The notes under the pieces were generated by a model. It was not told the origin of the DNA and did no database searches. It saw nothing but the letters and a program-made list of their open reading frames with translations. Source: Selaginella moellendorffii (taxonomy: Eukaryota; Plantae; Lycopodiophyta). Taken from it: a DNA stretch of 64,000 nt. Where the stretch lies: assembly GCF_000143415.4 (NCBI RefSeq), contig NW_003314321.1:630236-694235 (forward strand). The letters run 5' to 3'. The translations under genes and the position numbers were made by a program. Position 1 is the first letter of the stretch. Each line of letters begins with the position of its first letter. Below are positions 50,330 through 63,418 of the stretch, piece after piece.

Positions 50330-52350
50330 CTGTTGTCACCATGTGTGCATCCAAGCAATAACTAGCTTGAATGCCATAGAATGCTTCCAGATCAATTGTC
50401 TCATCTTGACAATCTCAATGCAGAGATCTAAATATTCCAGACATGGTTGTGGCAGTGCTCCTGGGCAGGCATCCAAGCCATGATAATGAAGTAGAAGTTC
50501 AATTGCTCACTCTAGGGACTAATCACTCGCACTTCCATGTACACTGGAGATGTTCAAGCATGCTTGTCCAAGAGCTATATAGGTAATGCATTGGATAGCC
50601 TCATTCTACCACAATCTCTTGCCTTTTCAAGTTCTAATTCCAATCACTATATCCTGGCAATGGCCTCATAAAGCATCTAGTTTGTATGCATATACAGAGA
50701 CCAAAAGTTGAGCATTCAACTCTAAATTGATGCCATTAGAAGACATAGCGAAAGCTATTATGTTGCTTATAGGTGCCAAGAAAAATTTGATTATTATAGC
50801 CATGAATAAGCTTTTATAACTGCCAAAGGATGGGGATGTTCTTGCTAGTAAGCTTCTTTGTGAAAGTGTAAACATTTGTTGTGATAGACAACCTTGCTGG
50901 GTAGTGTTTAGTTTTTCTTAGACCAAATATAGAGGACTACAATGTCTCATGTCTGGAAACTCCCTCTGTATACCCTGCTCTAAATATCCTGAGAATGACT
51001 TACATTGAAGTTGTGTTTTATTTTCTCATAGAGTAATTTATATATATATATTCTGGTTGCCCCATGGCTTTAGATGCCATGATTCTAGGAACAGAGATGA
51101 CAACACAATCTAATCCTGTAAAAATTTAGGGCCTTGAATGAAGGGATGGATTGAACTCCCAAGCATATAGCCAAGGAGCGAAAGAATAAAAACATGGAAC
51201 AACTCTTGAATATATAGCCAAGGAGAAAAAAAAATAGAAATATAAAACAACATTGGAACAATCCTAGAACTTTCAACTTCCCAACACCAAGACTAACATG
51301 GAAGACAATGCCAAATAAAGTTTAGCACTATTTGAACATATTGATGGGTTAACATAAGGATATGGAGCTTGGGCTTAAACCTAAACTAGTTACAAAACAA
51401 GGATATAAATGCTTAGCAGGGAATTAAATAATGTCTTAGATTAGTTGGCCATGTATAACCTACCCACTATCCCTAATATACATTTGGAACCCCCCAAGTA
51501 GTTAGCATGACTAAGTAGTTAGCAGGGATGTGATAGAATGTGATAAAAAGCTAATTATTGTATTAGAAATTTAAAATATTTCATACACAGTTGTAGTAGA
51601 TCTTCCACTATCACTGTGCATGCATCAACTAGCTTGAATGTGACAGAATTCCTGCAGATTGATGGACTCATCTTGTAAATTTCCATGCAAAGATTGAAAT
51701 ATTCTAGATGTAATCATGATAATGCTCTTTAGTTAGCTACAGTAATTCAATCGCTCACCTTAGGGATCAATTGCTCGCACTTCCAAGTACACTAAGAGAT
51801 GTCTAAGTGCATTTGTATGAGAGCTATAAAGGTAATGCAATGGACAGCCTCATTCTACCTTAGTCTCTTGCCTTTCCAGGTCTCAACTTCAGTCACTATG
51901 TCCTAACAATGGCCTACAATGGCATCCAACTTGTATGTATATACAAAGAGCAATAGCTAAGCGTTCAACTTTAGATTGATGCCACATTGGAAGACTTGGC
52001 TAAAGCTGTCATGCTGTTTATAGAAACCAAGAAGAGTCTGATCATTATAGCTATGAATAAGCTTTTGCACTTACCAAAGGATAGGGATGTTCTTGATGGT
52101 AAGCTTTTCCATTTCTATATGAAAGTGTAAACATTGGTTATAACAATCAATCTTGTTGGGTAGTGTTTAGTTTTTCTTGGACTAAATATGGGGGACTACA
52201 AGCCCCCACATCTGGAAACTCCCTTGTGTACCATGCTCTGAACATATTGGTAATGACTTACATTGAAGTTGCTTTTATTTGTTCTCAAAGAGTAGTTAAC
52301 AAATATCCTTTGGTTGCCCCTCAGCTTTAAATGCCATGATGCTAGGAATA
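50330..52350. repeat. Diverged direct duplication (~50330-51090 vs ~51610-52350), each copy followed by family-A LTR fragments
   Basis: Shared blocks such as AACTAGCTTGAATG, CTCGCACTTCCA, AGCCTCATTCTACC, GGGTAGTGTTTAGTTTTTCTT and ATGACTTACATTGAAGTTG. Confidence 0.75.
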
Positions 52351-52647
52351 GGAATAGGAGCACAAAGCAACACTAGAATAATCTTAGAGCTTCCACCAAA
52401 TTAATATGCAAAATAAAGCCAAATAAAGCCTAATATTATTTTAATATATTAGTGGCCTAATCCTAGGATAAAGGTACTCCACCAGCTATTATAATATAGA
52501 ACTTGCACTTAAACCTAAACCAAATATAAAACAAGGACAAACACACATAATGGGAGCTAAACAATGTTTAAGATTGATTAGCCATACTTAACTTATTGTA
52601 GTGTATATGATCATGGATATATTATCACCGTGAATCCTTGGAAAAGA

Positions 52648-55600
52648 TGTAGTGCACGTGGTTTTTACCCTTTATCTTATGGTGATTTACCATAAGATAA
52701 CACCATGAAGTGGAACCTAAACCCTCCATATGCCACATGTTATATGCCACATGCCACATGCCATGTGTCCAATAGATAGTGGAGTGGAACCTGAGTTTTA
52801 AGGCCTTAACCCACTGAACAAAGGAACGATGCCAAACTCCCAAATATGGAGCCAAGTAGTGATGACACTAGAACACGGAATAACTCTTGAGCATATAGCC
52901 CAAGGAGCAAAGGGATAGAAGCACAGAGCAACTTGGAACAGTTCTAAAGTATTCAACATTTTAATGCTAAAACCAGCATGCAAAACGGAGCCAAATAGAG
53001 TTTGGCACTATTTTAGCGTACCAGTGGCTTAATGTGAGGACATGGGTACTCCACCAGCTAGCATGGTGTGGAGCTTGGGCTTAGACCCAAGCTAGATGCA
53101 AAACAAGGATAGGTATGCAAGTGAGAGCTAGATTATACCTCAAGTTGGTTAGCCATACCCGACCTACCAACTATCCCTAATATACATTTGGAACTCCCTA
53201 TAGCCCCCCCACCTCTTGAGGAACACATGCTTTGGGCTTTCACCCCAAGCCTCCTTTAGTACTAGGAGTTAGTTTCTGGGATAAGCTCAAAACTTATTAT
53301 ATATAGTATGTCCTTAGGTTGTGAATTTGGACATGGGACGAACACTATTGTGTTCAGGACAATTTTTACATTCTATAGATATGCCAAATGAGCAAATCTA
53401 GACACTTTCCATAAATATCATTTGGGACCAAAATGAGACTAATACAAAGGGATGATAGCAAGGGTGTTTGGCAGACATGGTAAGTTATCATCTAGCGATA
53501 TTGAGGGACTAGTCTCAATACGCGAGAGTTCTTGTCAAGTCAGTGCAAGACAGAGTAAAAGTGAACTAAGAGCCAGGCCAAGTATACTCAACTAAAAACA
53601 TATAGGAGTTCCTACCTTATGTCCATCTGCCTAAGTACAGATGCTAAGCCTAGTAAACTAACATTTGAACAAGAGGGGCTAATAAAAGGAACTAGTAATA
53701 TTGACCTCTTGCCATTGTGGCAGTAAGGATTGAGTGTCTGTAAGGACTGGTCGACAGGTAACTTTCGATACCTAAAGTCATATTCGTGACATTCTCCCCC
53801 CCTAGAGAAGATCGATGACCTCGTCGATGCATACTCAAGTCTAGACCACTGCCAAGGAAATAACTCCAAAAAAAATTCATGGTGATCATACTATGTGAGA
53901 AATGCACCAACTTAAATGAGTTAGGAGGCAACCTCTTTGTTTAACACGGATGCGTTATCAACTTAGACACCTTCCGGCCGTCGCGACAAGGAAATGACTA
54001 ATGGAGTTAACCACCTTGTTGCTCTAAGTGTCACCTAACTTATAAAAGTGTGATATGCTCTTGTCTGCAGGGACATAGAGAGAGAAGCTAGAGGCCCCAA
54101 CCCTCTTGAGCAAAGAAACCAAACCGGTTTAGGGTTTAGATAGACTATTGCAAATACGCAATTAGAGTTGTTTACACGGTCATGCTCTTTAAAATGAAAT
54201 AAGGAACATTGAGAGAGAGGTGGGTTATGTGATTAGTCGACAATAGCTACCCCATGACTAAAGATTTCACCATGCACACAAAGTGCCAAAACCAATTTGC
54301 CTATACTGGCCCAAACTCAAAGATCAATAGATGGACAATATCAAAGTTATAGACAATAATATTTTAGAGACTTAATTATTAGTGAATAAATCTTAGATTA
54401 GAACACAAATATATCCCAAGTAAGTTATCATCGGATAAACTAGTATTACAGTATAAGAACCACCAAGACCGTTATAATTGATAAACATAGGATTCACTAT
54501 CCAATAAAATTCAATAGTAAGTATATCATTAAGTAAACTCAATAAGAAAACTTAACAATCAAAGATTGTAGACAGTATCCTAAATAATTTACCAAAGATA
54601 ACTTAAAGAACACCAAGTATTGTTGACTGGCAAGCAAGATACTCGCGAATATATCACACAAAAGTAATAGCATTCAATCTCAATCTATTAGAACTAATTG
54701 TAACAATAGCCAATAGAATAGAATGAATGTGGTAACAATAACAAACACTCATTCATGCCCACTATTGCACTAGCCAATCTGAATAGATCCCGGTCAACAA
54801 TACAAAGGAATTCAAGTGCTTTAGCAAACATCAACAACATCCTACCGATATCTCAAACCCAAGAGATCAATCCAGAACAAACCACAAAAAACATGTGGTA
54901 TTGTGAAAAACCATAAGCCATCAAAGAAAACAACTAACCATTATAAAATAACATTAATCATCTCATCAATAAAAAGATGCATAATTATCATCGAAGAAAA
55001 AATCCACCATCCCAAAGAATGGCAAATCATTCTATATCAACAATAATTAAGCAAAACCTTTGACAAGGATAATCAACTATTCTAGATGATAGTCAATCAT
55101 CACCAATGATTGCTAGATGCAAAAACCAACTTTAACATTGAAGTTAAGAGTCAAAATGCCTTCCCAAACAACTTCTAACAAGTGGAATCATGAGGAGAAA
55201 ACTCAAAGAACAAAAAATTTGAAAAAGTTTATAGTTGAGTTTTGTCTAATAATGATTACGAATCTTGCATAAACTAATTTCAATACTAAAGAAGAAATCA
55301 TGGTATAACCCACAACATTCTCTTCAACACATCCATAAGCTAAACTTTATAATGCAAAGCTAATGAAGAGCATATCAACATCAATTCAAAAGCCAAACAC
55401 AATGGAGTTATGCTCAACAAGTGATCATTAAATGATCCTCTATAAATTCATCTATAGCAAGACATAACTCACTTCATAACAAGCACAAAAAGAATCATCA
55501 ATGATTAATATATTCTAATTCAAATTTAATAAAGATTCAAACATTCCAATATTGATCACTAATTTGTCCTTTTATAAAGTTAGCATAGTCCACGACTAAA

Positions 55601-58437
55601 TCACTTTTCAAGGAAAAGTTAAAGCTCAACCCCTACTAAATAATCCCATCTAGAACACAACTAACACAATTTGCCACTCAACTCATTTGAACGTCAATAT
55701 AGTAAATGCACAAATGCCAATAAACAAAGCTACAGCCAAATTATCAATACTATCTTCATCAAGACTAATGAAATTTAATATCAATCTTATGGAGAGACAT
55801 TTCATTTTACTCGAATCTCAAAATCAATAATGTCAACGACAAGACATCATTTCAATGCCATCAACACCACAACAAAACTAGAAGAAAGCAAGAGTAAATC
55901 ATCACCCAAAACTCTTTAGCAACTAAGATAATCAAAGTTAAAGATACTTTAGTCAGTATTCGAAATTAGTTTTTCAACGATACTTAGTTACAGATAACAC
56001 TTCATCAAAGAGTGAATCACCACATCCAAGACTTAATGAAATCCAACACTACGAACTAAATGCAACCAAATGATTTCAACAGAGGTAGAGTTAACATGCC
56101 AACATGGAAAACTCATGTAAGTTTAATGACACGATCCTTCGTAACACCATTTGGTAAAGCAAATTGCTAAATCATCATCAAGTGAAGCAAGTGTTATAGT
56201 CCTTGACGAAGTCTACAAGTAATCACTAGTCGTGAACGTAATACCCCAGGTACAAGATAAAGGTTTATAAACAAACATAAATTAAATGACCACTTGAATC
56301 CAACTCAACTGCAATAATCTCACTAATGCATTTAGCCACTAGTTCTAAGCATGCCTTGAAGAGGCTAGCTATGCATGATCAACACTCAGTCGAAACTAAA
56401 GTGAAGACCATGAGATGAACTCATATTAATACACAACCTTCTCATAAACAAAGCTATAGTATGGGTATCAACATTTCAACCTCAAATAACTAAGTTGAAC
56501 ATCACTATCCTTAGCCAAGGTGCAAGGCCACCAAAACCAAATCAAGATCAATGAGAGCTCACTACTCTCATAGAGTCTTAACAAAATGCAAGGTGCAATT
56601 TGCCACCAAGCACAATGCTATAAAAGAAAGGCACAAAAGTCATCCTTTCCAACACTTTATAGGCAAACTGTCAAGGAAGCAAGGTATCAACTCAAGTTTA
56701 GTATATCATTAATCATTATCAAGAATCCAGTTAAGGTTAATACAATGTTATTTCGTGCAAGTAGACTAATTTCACCATCAACCACTTTGGGGTTGATAAT
56801 CGTTAACCAAGCAACTTCGTAAACACATTATTCATTATCATATGGATATAATATAAAAATCACAATGATTTGATCATCAATTGAGCAATATCATAAGCAA
56901 CACCTATCAGTACTTCAAAGGTTAATGTGACTATCAAGTGCCAACTTGATTCGACAAAATGTAACATAAATGCCACACCCCACCGATAGAGATTTACAAC
57001 ACCGAACACCACCAACTTTGTTCACAATATAGACAAGCTTATGCCACTCTCTATCTAACCAAACTCAAAACTAATCCAATACCAAGCTATTCAAGGAGCA
57101 ATAGCAAAGTTCCCTGGAAAAGAATTGAGCATTATAACTAAAGTTTTCCCTAGACAAAATGGTTTAGCGCTCCACCACTATCCATCCTATGCCTCATCAC
57201 ATGTAAGACCACCATAACCAATATGCATCAAAGTAGGGAATCTTGATTGCATAATGTGAACATGAGCAATGAGTTAACACCTCATTGTAAATCATCTTTC
57301 CAAGAAGAAAAGAAGATTTACATGGTTGATCCTTCATCCCTTATAACTCTTTTTTTGGTCTGATCTTTAACTAACCTCAAGCTTACGTTTGCATTGCCTT
57401 TAATCCAATCCAAGAAAAGTTTATGAGAGAGTATGGCAATGACTACTTGAATCAATAGATTAATCCCTACAATCTTGGTCGATTCACTTGTAATCATGCC
57501 TAGGAAGGATCCACTAGTATCGTGCTAAACATTTACGGACCAGCATATTTGCCACTCATAGCAAACCTAGGGAAAGTTTACTTTCACTTATGGTACATAG
57601 AACAACCCATGAAACCACTAGAACAACTCATGGAACCATCGATAAGCTAACATTAATCTTGCCACCTCAAAGTGTAACCTTGAGTTACTAATACACCTCA
57701 CTCATGAGCCCAAGTGCAAACTTGTGCTAATGTGCCTCATTCACGAACCCAAGCATAAACTCATGTAAAATAGTACACCTTAAATCCATCCTATAAGCCC
57801 AAGAGCAAATTCACATCATGAGGTACAACAAGGTAGCTAAAATCCATACCCAAGGAACAATTGCGAAGTCTTTGCACCCAAACGTGTACTCACTCGGATC
57901 ATCGTTTTCATCTCTGCGTATGTAACAAGACTAGTTGCTCAATTTCATTGGATAATACTCACTGAGATATATCCTCTGATACTAAATGTAGCACATGTGG
58001 TTTTTACCCTTTATCCTATAGTAATTTACCATACGAAGTGGAACCTAAACCCTCCATATACCACATGTCATATGCCACGTGTCTAATTGACAATGGAGTG
58101 GAACCCAAGTTTCAGGGCCTTAAGCCACTAAACAAAGGAATGGTGCCAAACTCCCAAATATAGAGCCAAGGAGCGATGATACTGGAGCACGGAACGACTC
58201 TCGAGCATACAGCCCAAGGAGTGAAGGGACAGGAGCGCAGAGCAATTTAGAACAGTTCTAGAATATCCAGCATTTCAATGCCAAGATTAGCATGCAAAAT
58301 GGAGATAAATGGAGTCTGGTGCTATTTCAGTATACCGGTGGCCTAATGCGAGGATATGGGTACTCCACTAGCTAGCATGGTGTGGAGTTTGGGTTTACAC
58401 CCAAGCCGGACGCAAAACAAGAATAAACATGCAAGCG
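52648..58437 (-). mobile_element. Family-A LTR element: 3' LTR 52648-53791, ~4.2-kb decayed or non-coding internal region, partial 5' LTR 57987-~58437
   Basis: LTR homology to 1689-2815; PPT (reverse complement AGGGGGGGAGAA) at 53792-53803; tRNA-iMet-like PBS remnant TAGTATCAGAGG next to 57987. No RT or IN motifs were recognised. Confidence 0.8.
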
Positions 58438-60299
58438 GGGTGTCATTTGCGCCAGAGTGTTCAAGTTAGATATGCCAAACTTTTACACTAAGCAATTTAA
58501 CTATGCATCACGACTCTAGGGCTTCCCCCACTTGGCAATGTGCCCAAACCAATCTCCTTACTGAGAGTCCATGAATACCAAAAAATAAATGTCCTCGTAG
58601 AATTTGTCAATTAACAATTTTTCTTCTCACTAAATGAATAGTGTGTTTTATTTGTTCAATGATAAGAGACAAAAGTTACTTTACGACAGTAATATATATA
58701 AATTAATGAGTTAATATAGCAAGTTGCTCCTTGATTCTTCAACTTGATAAAACTAGTTTTCTTTTTTAAATTGTAAGCCCAATAATCCATCTTCTACCTC
58801 TATATCCTTTATAAGTTTGTGAAGTGACATGTAAGCCTAGATATTTGGACAAACACTTAACATTAAATCTTGACTACTCTTTATCTACAATAGCTTTGCA
58901 TATACAAAGCTTTTGTTTGATTTGGCTAATGACAAATTGTGATCAGTCCATAAGGCAAAGTTGTGGAATTCGCATTGTTGAGGTAGATGGAAAGATCTTT
59001 ACATTGTTTTTATGGTGCAAGCCACAAAATACTCATTCATCACACGAAGAAAAAGAAAGGAATAAAGTTTGTCATACATGTATTAGATAATTTTGTTAAA
59101 GCAATGGTTCATCATGGTAATTCTCGAAAAGTTTAGATGTGGTCTTCTATTCTAGGGCTGCAAAATCTGCCTGAGCAATAGAGGAAGTTTTAATACTTCT
59201 ATAAAATATTTCCAGAAAAAAGAGCACCACCATAATGCAATATGCTTTACCATAAAAGTCATAATCCTGGCTGTACAATTTGGCTAGCTCTCCCTCCAGT
59301 CCTCCAAGAAGAAGTCACATAGCCATGCTAGTTGATATAGTGGGATCTGCAATGTATTATAAGAGCTCCCAATAAAGGATGTTTGAGCACATGAACCAGA
59401 GCCAATGGAATCATGACTATCATGGAATCATAACTATGGATTCTAACTTTCTCCTTGAAAGCATTCCAAACATCTTATAATTAACATAATCTTGACTAAA
59501 TCATTCCATATCACCCAAGCTCCCAATCAATTGATAGCCAAAGAAACATGTGATACTACAACATCAACCACCATGACTAATCGATGGTGATCTTGATATT
59601 TATTATGTTGTCACTGATGTCTAAAAACCCAAACAAGAGGGCTAGAGTCCAAACCAACTAGGAGGAGTTGGACTTGACTTTGCATGACCTAAAGTCCATT
59701 GTGCTCTAGAGCTGTGAGAGATCTAGTCTATTTGTTTCACATCTCTTGATTCTGTGTCTAGGATCATTGGTGATGGAAGTTGGAAGAGAAGATATTATTG
59801 GCATACCATCTATGAATGAAATATAGTTGTCTTTATTTTCAACTCTAAAGGGAAATGAATAAAACAAACAACTCAAGAGAAGTAGAATAAAAAATAAGGA
59901 AAAGTACATTTTAAAGAAGCAAGGCCTCTTTCCATCAACTCGAGAATATGCATAGATCAAGCTTGTTGCTATAGATGATGCCTAGAACATGGCCCACTAT
60001 AGATTAAACTTTTGAGAAACATCTTGAGTCTACAAAAGAAATCTATCTATAGACTAAATTATATATCATAATTATAAATTATTATTATTATTATTATTAT
60101 TATTATAAATTATATATTATAATAAAAATGTCTAAATGAAGTGTTGCAAAGAACAACAATTTATTATAAAGTTCAACCCCAAAAATTTCAATCACACTAA
60201 AAATGAAAGCTTGAAAATAGAATGTTTTTTAATTCCATTTTATAAAAGTCCATATGATATCAAACAACTTATGAGCTCATCCTATAGATCTTCTTGCAG

Positions 60300-60980
60300 T
60301 AATGGGAGTGTGGTGCTCTATCATGGTAGCAGCCTTTGCTTAAAAAAGACATCCACTACACTTGACATATCTCTACATTTTCTATACATATTTATGGTAC
60401 CTACTCTGACAATACACCGGTCATTCCTAGATTGGCCAAGTCCATGACAATGGTCATATGTACTTTGTTTTCATAAGAGGGGACTATGCTCTCACTACCA
60501 CTATAGATCACTATGTTTGCATGATTGATCTGCTAACAAAATCTAGGCAAGTTGATAAGGGCCTAGGTTTGCTGACAACCATATCATTTAAGTCTAATAG
60601 AGTTATGTGGGTGACTATTAAGAAATTGTAAAACCTATAGCAATTTTGATGTGGTGCAACTCAAATACATACTTCAATGCAATCATTCAAGAGTGCTCAT
60701 AATTGTAAGTAACTAAAGAGCATGATTTGAAAAATGATTTTTTTAAGTTCAAATATAGAGGGAAAGGGCCCATGAACAAAAGTGCACAATTAATTAAGGG
60801 TCTTGAGATAGTTAGGGTTCCGAGAAGTCCAAATTCAGAAATTTACAATAATTTTATTACAAATTCATTACCATTCCTCAATTAGAAAATAATACTAAAC
60901 AATGTTTTTACTTCAATAGTTTCAACAAATATTGGAATGAGGTTCAAGTCGAGTTGCTACTACGACCTATCTCTCACCAA
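60300..60980 (+). pseudogene. Highly decayed copy of the PPR 3' end and its downstream region (33410-33990)
   Basis: GGGGACTATGCTCTC, ATCACTATGTTTGC, GGGCCTAG.TTTGCTGACAACCAT and TTGGAATGAGGTTCAAGTCGAGTTGCTA match 33590-33970. Confidence 0.75.
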
Positions 60981-62964
60981 ATGTAAGACAAAACTTTTTC
61001 AGTGAAAAGAAAGCAATCCTCAACTACCTATAACAGCTCATGCATCTAGAGGACCATCAAGTAAGTTTACCCTCTCAATTCAATAATAGTATCTCATATT
61101 TTTTAAAGGCAATAGAGTGCAAAAGAATCCCAATACTACAAAGCATTTCCAGCATTTTAGTGGGCCATTCTTGTCCTAGAAGTAGAGGAAAATCTTCATG
61201 AAAACCTTAAGAATTTCCAGCCAGTAAAAAATAAAAGCTTATAAATATGAAAAAAATAAAGGAACAAAAGCTATAATGATCAAACTCTTCTTGATGCCTT
61301 ATAAGTAGCATAACAACTTCACCTAGGTCTTGCAATATGCATCTATCCAGAGCTAAACATTCAAATATTGATCTTTGTACATCCATACAAAATGGGTGTG
61401 GGGGGGGGGGGGGGTGGGTGGGTGTTATAAAGGGTTCCAAATGTATAGTAGGGATAGTGGGTAGGTTGGGCATGGCTGACTAATATGAGGCATAGTTTAG
61501 CTAGGGTGTTCCCTATATCTTTAGACATCCTAAGAGTGCTAAAGTGTTGTTAAGGGATGACCACTCATGGATGAATGGCTTAATTTTTGAGAGATGGGAA
61601 TTGTAAGCCACAAATTTTTCCTTTCCAATTTGCCAGCTTACCTCGTCTATCCGTCCAACACTGCCTTGGGTTTTGCTAAGTTTCCTTGCCAAGGTTCTCG
61701 CCTATGGTACCAGCTCCTACTTGGTCTCAGCTACTCACTGCACGAGCAACGAAGTGTTAGCCATCCATCCACGGATTCCCAAATCACTCCCAATCCCCCT
61801 CCCCGGGTTAGACTGGACTTAAAGTTCGGCTACACTCCCCACAAGCACAAACAGCCAAGCACACCAAGCTTCCAGGTTCCTAACATCCTTTGGTACCACA
61901 AGACTTGATCATAGGACCCTCTAAATCCCAAGTCTTGAGTGCAACACTTGCTTCGGGACGCCGGGGCGAAACACCGTGGCCTAGCGGCCCGGTATGGGTA
62001 CCTCTCGCCCCCCACTTCCATCCCGAAGGAAGGCCCAAGCCCCTAGGAAGGGCGAGGACCAATGAGCCGCATGGTACTCAAGTGGGACACCACTCCACAT
62101 GAGCCGGGAGCACCGCAATCGGTTTCCCTTTCGGGAGTGGGAGCTGCTCTTGAGCACTTCCTTGGATGGCCCCTCTGGCACCAACCAAGTCCATGCTCAC
62201 TCCCACCCAAGGCCCCTCGGTCCCAGTCCCAACCTCAAGTCAGTTTGGGAGCCCCACTGGAGAGTCCCTTCTAAACTGGTTCCTGGACTCCCCTGGACTC
62301 AAACGGCAGACTCAAAACTTAACCGTTTGGAAAAGGGGGTGCACTCTTGTTCATGGGCCCTTTCCCTCTATATTTGAAGTCCCAACCTCAAGTCAGTTTG
62401 GGAGCCCCACTAGAGAGTCCCTTCTAAACTGGTTCCTGGACTCCTTTCCCTCTATATTTGAAGTCCCAACCTCAAGTCAGTTTGGGAGCCCCACTAGAGA
62501 GTCCCTTCTAAACTGGTTCCTGGACTCCTTTCCCTCTATATTTGAAGTCCCAACCTCAAGTCAGTTTGGGAGCCCCACTAGAGAGTCCCTTCTAAACTGG
62601 TTCCTGGACTCCTCTAGACTCAAACGGCAGACTCAAAACTTAACCGTTTGGAAAAGGGGGTGCACTCTTGTTCATGGGCCCTTTCCCTCTATATTTGAAC
62701 CCTAACGGATCGTCTCTCGAGTCGTTCCCTTTGGTTGCTTACAATCCACCACGCTTCTCTGCAAGTTCACGCCCTCGTGAACGGAAGCTGAGAGCCACAA
62801 CTCTCCTGAGAGCCTCGCTCTCTTGACACCCTACCCCTCGGGTCGAGCCCAGCAGGAGCAAACTGGACCAGCCAGATGTCAATCAACATGTGGTGTTTCC
62901 CCTAGCTAACCAACAGAGTCGGACTCGAGACCCCTCTGATACCAAATGTAAGCTCCTGAATTTA

Positions 62965-63019
62965 GACTTCCCGGGAGGTCACCCAACCCAGTACTATTCA
63001 CACTCAAGGACGCTTAACC
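62965..63019 (-). ncRNA. 5S rRNA-derived segment (A-box, IE and C-box region) in a Cassandra LTR
   Basis: Reverse complement GGTTAAGCGTCCTTGAGTGTGAATAGTACTGGGTTGGGTGACCTCCCGGGAAGTC resembles plant 5S ...GTTAAGCGTGCTTGGGCGAGAGTAGTACTAGGATGGGTGACCTCCTGGGAAGTC. Confidence 0.85.
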
Positions 63020-63362
63020 CCAAATATCCCAAGACCCTTAACCAATTGGAAAAGGGGGTGCACTCTTGTTCATAGGCCCTTTCCCTCTATATTTTAACCC
63101 CATTGATCGTCTCTCAGGTCGTTCCCTTTGGTTGCTTACAATCCACCACGCTTCCCTGCAAGTTCACGCCCTCGTGAACAGAAGCTGAGAGCCACAGCTC
63201 TCCCGAGAGCCCCGCTCTCTTGACACCCTACCCCTCAGGTCGAGCCTAGTGAGAGCAAACTGGACCAGCCAGATGTCAATCAACATGTGGTGTGATTCCC
63301 CTAGCCAACCAACAGAGTTGGACCCGAAACCCCTTTGATACCAAATTTAAGCTCCTGAGTTT

Positions 63363-63418
63363 GGACTTCCCGAGAGGTCACCCAGCCCAGTACTATTCAC
63401 ACTCAAGAACACTTAACC
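63363..63418 (-). ncRNA. Second 5S rRNA-derived segment in a Cassandra LTR
   Basis: Same segment as 62965-63019 with a few substitutions. Confidence 0.85.

Noticed and set aside
58440-60290. Possible gene remnants in AT-rich DNA
   Set aside because: No recognisable motifs in the parts I translated by hand.
62166-62705. Repeat array that could be mistaken for CRISPR, or a 179-aa repeat protein
   Set aside because: The 84-bp units have no unique spacers, the context is eukaryotic, and the array is the amplified junction of a chimeric LTR.
62965-63418. Genuine 5S rRNA genes
   Set aside because: Only the internal ~55 nt is present, embedded in LTRs and without the 5S termini.
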